Shown piece by piece: positions 17,139-26,082 of a DNA stretch of 39,014 nucleotides. This DNA is from a virus (taxonomy: Duplodnaviria; Caudoviricetes), in the IMG/VR virus record IMGVR_UViG_3300005805_000202, positions 1 to 39,014 of that record, one strand, 5' to 3'. A program made the position numbers and the translations under genes. The notes beneath the pieces were generated by a model, which saw only the letters and a list, made by a program, of their open reading frames with translations, ran no database searches and was not told the origin of the DNA. How positions within the stretch are numbered: position 1 is the first letter of the stretch; every line of letters starts with the position of its first letter.

Positions 17139-17166
17139 AAGGAGGGTTCTAAACCCTCCTTTTTTT
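17139..17166 (+). terminator. Rho-independent terminator
   Basis: AAGGAGGGT-loop-ACCCTCCTT followed by a T-run. Confidence 0.85.
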
Positions 17167-17173
17167 ATAAATA
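17166..17173 (+). promoter_or_regulatory. T4 late promoter
   Basis: Perfect TATAAATA. Confidence 0.8.
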
Positions 17174-17205
17174 AATTATAGGAAAAATCATTAAAGGGAC
17201 AAACC

Positions 17206-17769
17206 ATGGCTCTTTGGGGCAATAACGATAATGTAACCACTGCTAGTGCTGGTATTGTCACAGTTAGTGGAACTACGGTAACTGGTACTGCTACCACATT
17301 CACTAACTATACTGTTGGACAAACCCTGACAATCGGTAAGGGTTCTGGAACTGTTGCTGGTACTGGTGGTACAGCTGGTTTTGCTGTCATCAAGAGCATT
17401 GCTAGTGACACTTCAATGACACTGGTTGATACTGACGCTCTCTATACCACTGGTGATGTTACTGGTTTAGGAACTGATGGTTTTATCATTGGTTCTAGAC
17501 CTAAGTACCTGGATGAGGATCCAAACTTTGCTCCTACTTCTGCAAATGGTCAAAGATCATACACTTCCCATGTGTATGGTGTTGATGCCACCATGCAGAA
17601 ATCCAGAGTAACAACTGGTTCTCAGTACAAGGCTCCTCATGCTGGTTGGGTTGGTGTTACCACCTATGTTGATTGCCATGGTAACCTGAGAGTTAAGAGT
17701 GAAACATTCGTTGCAATGTCTGGTATCTCCACTCACACTCAAATTGAAACTTTTGTTCTGCCTGCCTGA
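17206..17769 (+). CDS. Putative virion structural protein
   Basis: Late promoter, MALWG start, Thr/Gly-rich beta-type composition and HAGWVGVTTY.D.HG.LRVKSE C-terminus. Confidence 0.7.
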   Translation: MALWGNNDNVTTASAGIVTVSGTTVTGTATTFTNYTVGQTLTIGKGSGTVAGTGGTAGFAVIKSIASDTSMTLVDTDALYTTGDVTGLGTDGFIIGSRPKYLDEDPNFAPTSANGQRSYTSHVYGVDATMQKSRVTTGSQYKAPHAGWVGVTTYVDCHGNLRVKSETFVAMSGISTHTQIETFVLPA

Positions 17770-17775
17770 TAAATA
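17768..17775 (+). promoter_or_regulatory. T4 late promoter-like box (GATAAATA)
   Basis: 7/8 match, followed by the hairpin CCCAC/GTGGG. Confidence 0.55.
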
Positions 17776-17797
17776 GTCCCACATTATACCGTGGGGT

Positions 17798-18169
17798 ATG
17801 TTATTTCATGAATTGAATGAAGACAACTATATGATGTTTGCAATCAAACATTATGAAAATCCTCAAGCAATTACGCAAGATGATTTTTATGATGATTTGA
17901 AAAGGTTCAAATACATCAAACGTCTTCTACGAAGATACAAGAAAACGGGAGTTCTCAAGACCCATTTATTATTGAACCACTTCATCAGTGTGTACAATGT
18001 ATTTGGAGATGCAGCAACTCCCCTGTTGTTCTATAAAATCGACAGTGATCTCTGGTCATCGATGAAAGCTTTCATCGTATATCTTGGTAGATTACCTGAG
18101 TACCCTAAAGGTCAAATACATGACATTTATGTAGATATTGACTGTCTTAAAGAATTGAGATTGGTCTAG
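17798..18169 (+). CDS. Conserved T4-like phage hypothetical protein
   Basis: FAIKHY.NP...F.DDLKRFKYIKRLL..Y...G.L..HLLLNH...YNVFG. Confidence 0.8.
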   Translation: MLFHELNEDNYMMFAIKHYENPQAITQDDFYDDLKRFKYIKRLLRRYKKTGVLKTHLLLNHFISVYNVFGDAATPLLFYKIDSDLWSSMKAFIVYLGRLPEYPKGQIHDIYVDIDCLKELRLV

Positions 18170-18423
18170 TGGACAAACGATTAGAAAGAGTTATTAACTA
18201 TTTCAAAGAAGAGATGACCGCCAATCCTCCTGGCCAGGGTGGTGGTTTTGGTGCAGCTTCTAATCCTGCAGGTCCCACTGCTGGTTATGATCCCACTCTT
18301 GGTCGTATTGATAGAAGAAAGAAGAAAAACAAGAACTATCCAAAAGAAATCACCACGTTTTATAATCGTCTTTTGAAATTTAAAGGGGACGTTTACAAAG
18401 CTACCAAAAATGGAAAAGGCTAA
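18169..18423 (+). CDS. Hypothetical protein
   Basis: GTG start overlaps the previous stop. GP.AGYDP motif and basic C-terminus. Confidence 0.65.
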   Translation: MDKRLERVINYFKEEMTANPPGQGGGFGAASNPAGPTAGYDPTLGRIDRRKKKNKNYPKEITTFYNRLLKFKGDVYKATKNGKG

Positions 18424-18868
18424 TTGCGACATTAAGGTAGCTGTACTAGAGGAAAGGATAGATAATTTTGAAAGACTTTTCCTGCGACTAGATGCCGCAA
18501 TTGATAAAATTGCGGAAGTAAATAATAATGTATCTAAGGTGCTTGCCGTTCATGAAGAACGATTGGGTAAGCAGGAGAAAGTCGATGAAGTTTTATTCAA
18601 TAAAATTGATGAGTTACGCTCTGCGATGGATAGAGACCATGAAGGAGTGCTACAACGTCTCCAGCTTTTGGAAAGAAAGTTATGGGGAGCCCTTGGAGGA
18701 GTTGCAGTCTTGGCCTTCCTGGGAAGTGGAGGATCAGGAATGGTCATGAAAATCTTGCAGAGTGACGCGGGACGTGGTATGATAAGTACACCCCCGATTG
18801 CGGCCATTGAACTACATCGACACCAAGTACATCAACCTGGTCTCAGTAAGGCTCTCCAAGTTCGCTGA
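18410..18868 (+). CDS. Coiled-coil protein with a C-terminal transmembrane segment
   Basis: KVAVLEE...LAVHEERL heptads, then hydrophobic LWGALGGVAVLAFLG. Confidence 0.7.
   Translation: MEKANCDIKVAVLEERIDNFERLFLRLDAAIDKIAEVNNNVSKVLAVHEERLGKQEKVDEVLFNKIDELRSAMDRDHEGVLQRLQLLERKLWGALGGVAVLAFLGSGGSGMVMKILQSDAGRGMISTPPIAAIELHRHQVHQPGLSKALQVR
18755..18783 (+). promoter_or_regulatory. Sigma70-type promoter for the primase-nrdAB genes
   Basis: TTGCAG-17nt-TATGAT with an extended TG, inside the upstream ORF. Confidence 0.6.
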
Positions 18869-19802
18869 GAAGAAGAAAGGTTTATATAACTTCCGTTGTC
18901 CGTATTGTGGGGACAGCCAAAAGTATAAGAATAAGTGCAGGGGATACCTGTTTGTAAAGAAGAACGATTTTGTTTTCAAGTGTCATAACTGTGGGGTAGG
19001 AAGGACACTTGCAAACTTTCTAAAAGATCAGGATACTAATCTTCATGATCAATATGTTATGGAGAGATATAAAGAGGGACTGACTGGGAAAGGTAGTAAC
19101 ACTCCTAACCCAGTCTTTAACTTTCCTAAACCTAAGTTTCGACCTAAAGACATTTGCTCTGAGTTGACCAAGGTGTCGGATCTAAATAAAGAACACTTTG
19201 CAAGAGGTTATCTTCTGGGCAGAGGTGTTAAAGATATGTCAAGGTTTTATTTTTGTCCCAACTTTAAAGAGTGGACCAATAAACACAAACCAACCTTTGA
19301 CAACTTTACTAAAGATGAACCACGTATCATCATTCCTCTAAAAGATATAAATGGATCACTGTTTGGGTTTCAAGGTCGGTCTCTAGAACCTACCTCCAAA
19401 CTTAGATACATCACCATTATGCTTGATGAGGAAGCACCTAAAATTTATGGACTTGATAGGATCGATAAATCGAAAGATGTATACGTTGTGGAGGGACCAT
19501 TCGATGCGACATTCATTCCAAACGCGGTTGCTATGTGTGGAGCTGATGTTCATTTTGGTAACTGGGGGATTGACGATCCTGTGTGGGTCTATGATAACGA
19601 ACCAAGAAATCCCCAAATCGTTACCAGAATTGCCTCTACCATCTCCAGAGGAGGAAGGGTCGTCATCTGGCCTTCTGGCATAAATGACAAGGATATTAAT
19701 GACATGATCCTCTCTGGATTTAATGTTATTGACATGTTAAAATCGAATACCTACAAAGGACTAGAAGCACAAGTTAAGTTTACGCAGTGGAAGAAAGTAT
19801 GA
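18807..19802 (+). CDS. 61: DNA primase (T4 gp61)
   Basis: Zn finger CPYCGDS...CHNCG and TOPRIM motifs EGPFD and DNE. Probable TTG start. Confidence 0.97.
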   Translation: MNYIDTKYINLVSVRLSKFAEKKKGLYNFRCPYCGDSQKYKNKCRGYLFVKKNDFVFKCHNCGVGRTLANFLKDQDTNLHDQYVMERYKEGLTGKGSNTPNPVFNFPKPKFRPKDICSELTKVSDLNKEHFARGYLLGRGVKDMSRFYFCPNFKEWTNKHKPTFDNFTKDEPRIIIPLKDINGSLFGFQGRSLEPTSKLRYITIMLDEEAPKIYGLDRIDKSKDVYVVEGPFDATFIPNAVAMCGADVHFGNWGIDDPVWVYDNEPRNPQIVTRIASTISRGGRVVIWPSGINDKDINDMILSGFNVIDMLKSNTYKGLEAQVKFTQWKKV

Positions 19803-22093
19803 GTAACGGCATCAAAGTTAAAAAAAGAAACGGTTCCATTGAACCACTTGATCTTGATAAGATGCATCTAATGGTAGATGCAGCCTGCGAAGGTCTTGCA
19901 GGTGTATCTGCCTCTCAGGTAGAAATGAAATCTGGTATTCAATTTTATGATGGGATCACTACTGCAGAAATTCAGGAAATCCTTATCCGTGCTGCCAGTG
20001 ATCTTATCGATCTGGATCATCCTAACTATCAGTTCGTGTCTGCACGACTTCTGCTCTTTGCGGTTAGAAAAAGCCTTTATGGAAGAATGAAGGAACTTCC
20101 TAATCTTGTTGATCACGTTAACTCATGTGTTGGCGCAAAGGTTTATGACAGTGCGATCTATAACAAGTACTCTCTTGAAGAAATGCAGAGAGCTAATGGT
20201 TGGATTGATCATGATCGTGACTTTCTTTTCACTTATGCGGGTTTACGTCAGGTCGTTGACAAGTACCTTGTGCAGGACAGGAGTTCTGGAAAGGTATATG
20301 AAACCCCCCAGTTCATGTACATGATGATTGCTCTCACCATGTTTGCTGAGTATCCTAAGGATACCCGTATGGATTACGTTCATCGTTACTACAATGCAGT
20401 CTCAAAACACAAAATCAACATTCCAACCCCCATCATGGCGGGAGTGCGAACGCCACTTAGACAATTCGCTAGTTGTGTTCTTGTTGATGTTGATGACACC
20501 CTCGATAGTATCTTTACTAGTGATATGGCTATTGGCAGATACGTTGCACAGAGGGCGGGGATTGGTATCAACGCAGGTCGCATCCGTGGGATCAACAGCA
20601 AGATCAGGGGCGGTGAGGTTCAGCACACAGGTGTTGTTCCATTTCTCAAAAAGTTTGAAGCAACTGTCAGATGTTGCACACAAAATGGCATCAGAGGTGG
20701 AAGTGCAACTGTCCACTTCCCAATCTGGCATCAAGAAATAGAAGATATTTTAGTTCTTAAGAATAATAAGGGTACGGAAGATAATCGTGTCCGTAAACTT
20801 GATTATTCAATTCAGATTAGTAAGTTGTTCTATGAAAGATTTATTCAAGACGGTGAGATCACGCTTTTCTCCCCACATGATGTACCTGGACTTTATGATA
20901 GTTTCGGACTCCCTGAGTTTGATGATCTCTATGTACAGTATGAAAAAGATACGTCCATTCCAAAAAAGACTGTTAAGGCACAAGAACTCATTCTTGACCT
21001 CCTTAAAGAACGTGCAGAAACAGGTCGTGTCTATATCATGAATATCGACCACTGTAACTCACACTCTTCCTTTAAAGATAAGGTTGAAATGAGTAACTTG
21101 TGTCAAGAGATCACTCTGCCTACTTATCCCCTTCAACACATCGATGATGAGTATGCTGAGATTGCACTTTGCATTCTTTCTGCAATCAACGTTGGTAAAC
21201 TTCACAAACTTGATGAACTTGAGGAACTGTGTGATCTGGCAGTACGTGGTTTGGAAGAACTGATTGATTATCAGGAGTATCCAGTCAAGGCCGCCGAACG
21301 AGCCACAAAGGCGCGTAGATCCCTTGGCATCGGTTATATTGGACTTGCACACTATCTTGCACGTCACGGTGAACATTACGATGATCCTGGTGCCTGGAAA
21401 CTGGTTCATGACCTGACAGAAGCCTTCCAGTATTATCTCTTGAAAGCCTCTAATCAACTTGCAAAAGAGAAGGGTTGGTGCCATGACTTTGGTCGTACTA
21501 AGTACGCAGATGGTATTCTTCCCATCGATACATACAAGAAGGATGTAGACGAAATTGTTCCAAACGAACTAAAGTATGATTGGGAAGCTTTACGTGCCGA
21601 CATTCAAACACATGGACTGCGACATAGCACTCTGTCCGCACAAATGCCTTCTGAAAGCAGTTCCGTTGTGTCAAATGAAACAAACGGAATTGAACCACCT
21701 AGAGATTACCTGTCCATTAAAAAGAGCAAGAAGGGACCCCTTAAACAGATTGTTCCTCAGTATAACTCCCTTAAAAATAACTACACTCTCCTTTGGGATA
21801 TGCCTGATAATCGCGGTTATATCAACGTGGTTGCCGTCATGCAAAAATTCTTTGACCAAGCCATCTCTGGAAACTGGTCCTATAACCCAGAGAACTATCC
21901 AGACAATGAAGTCCCCGTGAGTGTAATGGCAAATGACTTTTTGACTACATACAAATACGGTTGGAAGACCAGTTATTATCAAAACACTCATGATATGAAG
22001 AGTGATGAAGTAGAGACAAAAGAGAGTGTTGATGATATAATCAGTCAACTGTTATCTATCGAGGAGGAGATTTGTGAATCCTGTGCAATTTAA
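19799..22093 (+). CDS. nrdA: Ribonucleotide reductase class Ia alpha subunit
   Basis: ATP-cone VKKRNG, PTPIMAG, ASCVL, SNLCQEI and C-terminal CESCAI. Confidence 0.98.
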   Translation: MSNGIKVKKRNGSIEPLDLDKMHLMVDAACEGLAGVSASQVEMKSGIQFYDGITTAEIQEILIRAASDLIDLDHPNYQFVSARLLLFAVRKSLYGRMKELPNLVDHVNSCVGAKVYDSAIYNKYSLEEMQRANGWIDHDRDFLFTYAGLRQVVDKYLVQDRSSGKVYETPQFMYMMIALTMFAEYPKDTRMDYVHRYYNAVSKHKINIPTPIMAGVRTPLRQFASCVLVDVDDTLDSIFTSDMAIGRYVAQRAGIGINAGRIRGINSKIRGGEVQHTGVVPFLKKFEATVRCCTQNGIRGGSATVHFPIWHQEIEDILVLKNNKGTEDNRVRKLDYSIQISKLFYERFIQDGEITLFSPHDVPGLYDSFGLPEFDDLYVQYEKDTSIPKKTVKAQELILDLLKERAETGRVYIMNIDHCNSHSSFKDKVEMSNLCQEITLPTYPLQHIDDEYAEIALCILSAINVGKLHKLDELEELCDLAVRGLEELIDYQEYPVKAAERATKARRSLGIGYIGLAHYLARHGEHYDDPGAWKLVHDLTEAFQYYLLKASNQLAKEKGWCHDFGRTKYADGILPIDTYKKDVDEIVPNELKYDWEALRADIQTHGLRHSTLSAQMPSESSSVVSNETNGIEPPRDYLSIKKSKKGPLKQIVPQYNSLKNNYTLLWDMPDNRGYINVVAVMQKFFDQAISGNWSYNPENYPDNEVPVSVMANDFLTTYKYGWKTSYYQNTHDMKSDEVETKESVDDIISQLLSIEEEICESCAI

Positions 22094-23258
22094 ACTCACT
22101 ACCGAAGAAAAGACTGTTGTTGATGGAATGACAGTCTTTAATCCAGAAAAAGTTAATACTAAAAAACAACCGATGTTCTTCGGTAAACCCCTGGGAGTTC
22201 AAAGGTACGATTCATACAAATATCCAATCTTCGATAAACTTACTACACAACAACTGGGATACTTCTGGAGACCCGAAGAGGTATCTCTCCAGAAGGATCG
22301 CGCAGACTATCAACTTCTTCGTCCAGAACAGAAACATATCTATACATCTAACCTGAAGTATCAGATCATGTTGGATAGTGTTCAGGGTCGCGGACCTGGA
22401 ATGGCTTTCATTCCTTATTGTTCACTTCCCGAACTTGAAGCTGCCATGACTGTATGGGAGTTTATGGAGATGATCCATTCTCGTTCATACACTTATATTA
22501 TTAAGAACGTATATGCAGATCCATCAGAGATCTTTGACACCATTACAGAAGATCCTGCCATCCTTAGACGTGCAAAAAGTGTGACCTCTGCATATAATGA
22601 ATTCATTCGTGCAGCTCAACAGTGGAGTTCTGGTAATCAGTGGCAACATGCCACTGAGGGAGTTCCTGCAGCTAAACATGAACTATATGAACTCAAACGT
22701 AAATTGTATCGTGCAGTCGCAAACGTCAATATCCTGGAAGGAATTAGATTCTATGTCTCCTTTGCATGTTCGTTTGCATTTGGTGAACTTAAGCTCATGG
22801 AAGGATCTGCAAAAATCATTTCTCTTATCGCCAGGGACGAAAACCAACACCTAGTACTCACGCAAAACATTATTAATAAGTGGCGTGAGGGTGATGATCC
22901 TGACATGATGAAGATTGTCAAGGAAGAAGAAGAGAACGTTTATCAAATGTTCCGCGACTGTGTGGAAGAAGAGAAGTCATGGGCTGAGTATTTGTTTAGA
23001 GACGGTTCTATGATCGGTCTAAACGATAAACTGTTGTCTCAATATGTTGAGTGGGTTGCCAATCGCCGTCTCAAGGCTATTGGTATGAAACCTCTCTACA
23101 ATATTTCTGCAAATAATAATCCTCTTCCATGGACACAACATTGGATCTCTTCTAAGGGACTTCAAGTTGCTCCACAGGAGACAGAAGTAGAATCCTATGT
23201 CGTCGGGGGCATTAAACAGGATGTCAAAAAAGACACCTTCAGTGGGTTTAAACTTTGA
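22074..23258 (+). CDS. nrdB: Ribonucleotide reductase class Ia beta subunit
   Basis: FWRPEEV, DSVQGR, EMIHSRSY, LEGIRFY, RDENQH and APQETEVESY. Confidence 0.98.
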   Translation: MNPVQFKLTTEEKTVVDGMTVFNPEKVNTKKQPMFFGKPLGVQRYDSYKYPIFDKLTTQQLGYFWRPEEVSLQKDRADYQLLRPEQKHIYTSNLKYQIMLDSVQGRGPGMAFIPYCSLPELEAAMTVWEFMEMIHSRSYTYIIKNVYADPSEIFDTITEDPAILRRAKSVTSAYNEFIRAAQQWSSGNQWQHATEGVPAAKHELYELKRKLYRAVANVNILEGIRFYVSFACSFAFGELKLMEGSAKIISLIARDENQHLVLTQNIINKWREGDDPDMMKIVKEEEENVYQMFRDCVEEEKSWAEYLFRDGSMIGLNDKLLSQYVEWVANRRLKAIGMKPLYNISANNNPLPWTQHWISSKGLQVAPQETEVESYVVGGIKQDVKKDTFSGFKL

Positions 23259-23574
23259 TATTGTTTTAGATAAAGAGAAAGAAACAGATATTCAAAAAGT
23301 TAAGAGGTGGATTTCAAAACAGAAACCGCCTCTTAATATTATTTTGGAGTATCTGTTTTCTTTTATTGAGAAGTGGTATATCGAAGCTAAAATAGAAAGT
23401 ACAATGCAAGACGTTGATCGTCAAACAGAACAAATTTTAAAAGAATGGGAGGAGGACGCTGCAAAGTATTATGAACAACCGAAAACCGTGGAGACAGGAG
23501 TATTTGGAGAAGAAGGCTGGTCTATCAGCATTTCAAATCCAGTTGTTGAAAGAAGGACCGAAGAGCCTAACTGA
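23221..23574 (+). CDS. Hypothetical protein
   Basis: ORF overlapping the nrdB end and followed by a terminator. Start uncertain. Confidence 0.55.
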   Translation: MSKKTPSVGLNFDIVLDKEKETDIQKVKRWISKQKPPLNIILEYLFSFIEKWYIEAKIESTMQDVDRQTEQILKEWEEDAAKYYEQPKTVETGVFGEEGWSISISNPVVERRTEEPN

Positions 23575-23622
23575 TGCTTGGGCACTTCAGGCAATGATGT
23601 ATGACTATAAAAAAACATTTCT

Positions 23623-23649
23623 AGGGGGCTCTTGACCCCCTTTCTTTTT
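23623..23649 (+). terminator. Rho-independent terminator overlapping a promoter
   Basis: AGGGGG-7nt-CCCCCT followed by TTCTTTTT. Confidence 0.7.
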
Positions 23650-23660
23650 GCCTGTAGAAT
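23632..23660 (+). promoter_or_regulatory. Sigma70-type promoter
   Basis: TTGACC-17nt-TAGAAT. Confidence 0.7.
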
Positions 23661-23686
23661 AACTCTGCCAGGGTTCAAGAGACAGC

Positions 23687-23694
23687 TATAAATA
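23687..23694 (+). promoter_or_regulatory. T4 late promoter
   Basis: Perfect TATAAATA 22 nt before the ATG at 23716. Confidence 0.75.
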
Positions 23695-23715
23695 TCTCTA
23701 AGATAATTAGAGATT

Positions 23716-24156
23716 ATGGTTGACTATGAGAACCCTTGGTTATATGAAGGAGAACCATTTCTCTCTGACCATATAGAAGATTACTTTGGGTTTGTTTATA
23801 GGATCACTAATCTACAAACTAACAGACAGTATCTGGGACGTAAGTATTTCTGGTCCTTTAGAAAACCCAAAGGTAAATCTAGAAAGGTTAAAGCTGAAAG
23901 TGATTGGAAGAAGTACTACGGTAGTTCTGATGAGTTAAAAGAGGATATAAAGAAACTAGGTAAGTCGGTATTTAAAAGAGAGATATTGAGTATCCATAAG
24001 ACTAAAGGTTGGGTTAACTTTGAAGAGACCAGACAGTTGTTTATTCATAATGTACTGTCTGAATCACTGAATGATGGAACACCCAAGTACTACAATAGCA
24101 ACATCTTAGGACGATACATGAGGAAGGACTACTATGTTTCAACCCGTCAACAATAG
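23716..24156 (+). CDS. GIY-YIG-like (Seg-type) endonuclease
   Basis: GFVYRITN...RQYLGRK, Y.GSS, F.REIL, a conserved E and YN.NI. Confidence 0.75.
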   Translation: MVDYENPWLYEGEPFLSDHIEDYFGFVYRITNLQTNRQYLGRKYFWSFRKPKGKSRKVKAESDWKKYYGSSDELKEDIKKLGKSVFKREILSIHKTKGWVNFEETRQLFIHNVLSESLNDGTPKYYNSNILGRYMRKDYYVSTRQQ

Positions 24157-24340
24157 CCCAGAAGAACTCCTTAAACTTGAGGAACTAGTCTATGACATTA
24201 TTGATTGGTCAAAGGATCAAATGCACCAGTTAGTTGAAGATGGTAAAGTTGATGATGCAACAGCCATATACTTTGAATTCTCTGAGTGGTACGATCCTTC
24301 AATTGAAAGTGAAGTTTTGATCGTAGATGACTTGATCTAA
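24134..24340 (+). CDS. Acidic hypothetical protein
   Basis: Shine-Dalgarno AGGA, overlap-coupled ORF. Confidence 0.6.
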   Translation: MFQPVNNSPEELLKLEELVYDIIDWSKDQMHQLVEDGKVDDATAIYFEFSEWYDPSIESEVLIVDDLI

Positions 24341-24365
24341 ATAGTACATGTTGATATAGTCATCT

Positions 24366-24683
24366 ATGTTATCTACCAAGTATCGTCTCCGTCTGGAGTT
24401 CATCTGCGACAGGATTGCAAAGAGAGCTCCAGTTGAATTAAGTGAGATGATTTGGGCAGAGAAATTGGCAAAGTCCAACGCATCAGCCGCATCGTTGCTT
24501 AGACAAGCCAGGAGGACCGCCAACAACCCTGAAATGGCTGAAGGTAGTCTTGATGACTTCATGAATATTATGGACATAGGAGACCCTGATCCTTCTAATC
24601 ACAGATCTGGTTTCGAAAGTGCTGATGATATCATCGACTTTTTTACACAGGAGAAACCAGAAGACTGGAGGCAAAGAGACTGA
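24366..24683 (+). CDS. Conserved cyanophage hypothetical protein
   Basis: MLSTKYRLRLEFIC...MIWAEKLAK...GDPDPSNH...DWRQRD. Confidence 0.8.
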   Translation: MLSTKYRLRLEFICDRIAKRAPVELSEMIWAEKLAKSNASAASLLRQARRTANNPEMAEGSLDDFMNIMDIGDPDPSNHRSGFESADDIIDFFTQEKPEDWRQRD

Positions 24684-24991
24684 TGAAGACCTTTAAAGAA
24701 TTTTCAACTTTCCTTAGTGAAAAAGGACAGTCATATATTGTGAGGGATCAACAAAGAAGAATGCAACAACAACAACGACAGGGGATTAATCCTGATAATC
24801 CAAGTCGAATGAACACGAACTTACAGTTCAAAGATACTGTTCATCAAATGACACCTAAGCCAATAGAAAGAACAATTCGTCAGTTTGTTCCATCATCAAC
24901 AACACCCGTAAAGGTAAATAAACCAAGATCTAGAGAATTTGGTCATGGTCGGTCACTGAAGTCTCTCATTGGAACCGCCGGCGAGGCTTGA
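24683..24991 (+). CDS. Basic hypothetical protein with a T4 capsid-targeting-like N-terminus
   Basis: MKTFKEFSTFLSE resembles the T4 internal-protein leader MKTYQEFIAE. Confidence 0.65.
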   Translation: MKTFKEFSTFLSEKGQSYIVRDQQRRMQQQQRQGINPDNPSRMNTNLQFKDTVHQMTPKPIERTIRQFVPSSTTPVKVNKPRSREFGHGRSLKSLIGTAGEA

Positions 24992-25016
24992 CGGTCTCCC
25001 CAACATCCCTTATAAT
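24988..25016 (+). promoter_or_regulatory. Sigma70-type promoter for tRNA-Arg
   Basis: TTGACG-17nt-TATAAT. Confidence 0.8.
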
Positions 25017-25030
25017 ATCTGGGTACTCGG

Positions 25031-25104
25031 GTCTCAGTAGCTCAGTTGGATAGAGCATCTGCCTTCTAAGCAGTTGGTCGGGGGTTCAAGTCCCTCCTGA
25101 GACG
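25031..25104 (+). tRNA. tRNA-Arg(TCT)
   Basis: Acceptor GTCTCAG/CTGAGAC, anticodon loop CT-TCT-AA, T-loop TTCAAGT. No encoded CCA. Confidence 0.93.
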
Positions 25105-25125
25105 TTCCTTTATTAAAGGAAAACA

Positions 25126-25284
25126 ATGTCACTAATTTCACAACAAGATCGTCAAATGGCCATTGAGGCACTTGAATACTACATTCAAGGATTGAAAGAC
25201 GATAATTGCAATCAAGCTGCAATCAGTTCTTTTCAAACCCTTCTCAACTGGATCGAACTAGAACATTTCAAACATGAAAATTAA
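25126..25284 (+). CDS. Hypothetical protein, 52 aa (not in ORF track)
   Basis: Shine-Dalgarno AAGGA. MSLISQQDRQMAIEALEYY...LLNWIELE. Confidence 0.65.
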   Translation: MSLISQQDRQMAIEALEYYIQGLKDDNCNQAAISSFQTLLNWIELEHFKHEN

Positions 25285-25447
25285 TCTCTGGTATTGTGAA
25301 GACATGAAACAATGGCGTTGGACTTTAACAGACCAACCCAGAAGACAGTTTCTTCAAGAGAGTGGTCAACAACCATTTCTCCGTGATGCAATGAATGACG
25401 TTGCAAACACTGTAGAGTATATTCTTTTGAATGATCATCCAGAGTAA
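25274..25447 (+). CDS. Hypothetical protein, 57 aa (not in ORF track)
   Basis: MKINLWYCEDMKQWRWTL...QESGQ...LRDAMNDVANTVEY. Confidence 0.7.
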   Translation: MKINLWYCEDMKQWRWTLTDQPRRQFLQESGQQPFLRDAMNDVANTVEYILLNDHPE

Positions 25448-25927
25448 ATGTATCTTGATGAAAAATATATCAGTGATACTTTAACTGATAGTATTAAGTC
25501 AACAATTGATGAACTAGTTAAAACTTGTCCAGAACCTTCATGGTATAAAAGTACTATCAATGGTAAAGACTATGCCATGATAGAAAAGAAAGATGATCTA
25601 AAAAGTATCATCGAAATCTATGAAAGACTTCTAAACAAAAAACTAGATCTTCAAAATGCATGGACAGTCTACGGGCAAGAAGGAACGTATCATACAATCC
25701 ATCGTCATGCATCAACTGACAAATTTATTTGCACGGTTTTGTTTTTAGATACATCAGGAGTTTCCACACCCAATGGAGACTTCTATGCAGTTCTAAATAA
25801 CACAGTCTATCAATACTCTCCTCGCAAAGGAGATCTATTAATCTTTTCCTCTGATGTCTGTCACGGAACTTATCCTCAGGTAAAAGGTCTTAGACATACA
25901 CTTAACTTAGATTTCATTCCCCTATAG
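25448..25927 (+). CDS. 2OG-Fe(II) oxygenase-fold protein
   Basis: NAWTV...YHTIHRH...VLFL...P..GDLLIF.S...HGTYPQ...R..LNLD. Confidence 0.75.
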   Translation: MYLDEKYISDTLTDSIKSTIDELVKTCPEPSWYKSTINGKDYAMIEKKDDLKSIIEIYERLLNKKLDLQNAWTVYGQEGTYHTIHRHASTDKFICTVLFLDTSGVSTPNGDFYAVLNNTVYQYSPRKGDLLIFSSDVCHGTYPQVKGLRHTLNLDFIPL

Positions 25928-25989
25928 CTCAACGGCAGAGCAGAGAGCTGTTAACTCTAAGGTTCCTCGTTCGAATCGAGGTGGGGGAG
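25918..25989 (+). tRNA. tRNA-Asn(GTT)
   Basis: Acceptor TCCCCTA/TGGGGGA, anticodon loop CT-GTT-AA, T-loop TTCGAAT. Confidence 0.92.
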
Positions 25990-25992
25990 CTC

Positions 25993-26064
25993 GGGCGATT
26001 AACTCAGCGGTAGAGTGGCTGCCTTACAAGCAGTAAGTCGTTGGTTCGAATCCGACATTGCCCA
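25993..26064 (+). tRNA. tRNA-Val(TAC)
   Basis: Acceptor GGGCGAT/ATTGCCC, anticodon loop CT-TAC-AA, T-loop TTCGAAT. Confidence 0.92.
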
Positions 26065-26082
26065 TAAATAAAAATAAAAACC

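Noticed and set aside
3736-23258. Introns or inteins in gp43, gp41, nrdA and nrdB
   Set aside because: All four are continuous, of normal length, and show no intein or intron signatures.
23716-24156. Mobile homing endonuclease element
   Set aside because: The protein is short, with no evident DNA-binding extension or insertion scar. Kept as a GIY-YIG-like CDS, not a mobile element.
25034-25222. Minus-strand ORF ending GLEPPTNCLEGRCSIQLSY
   Set aside because: Classic antisense translation of a tRNA gene.
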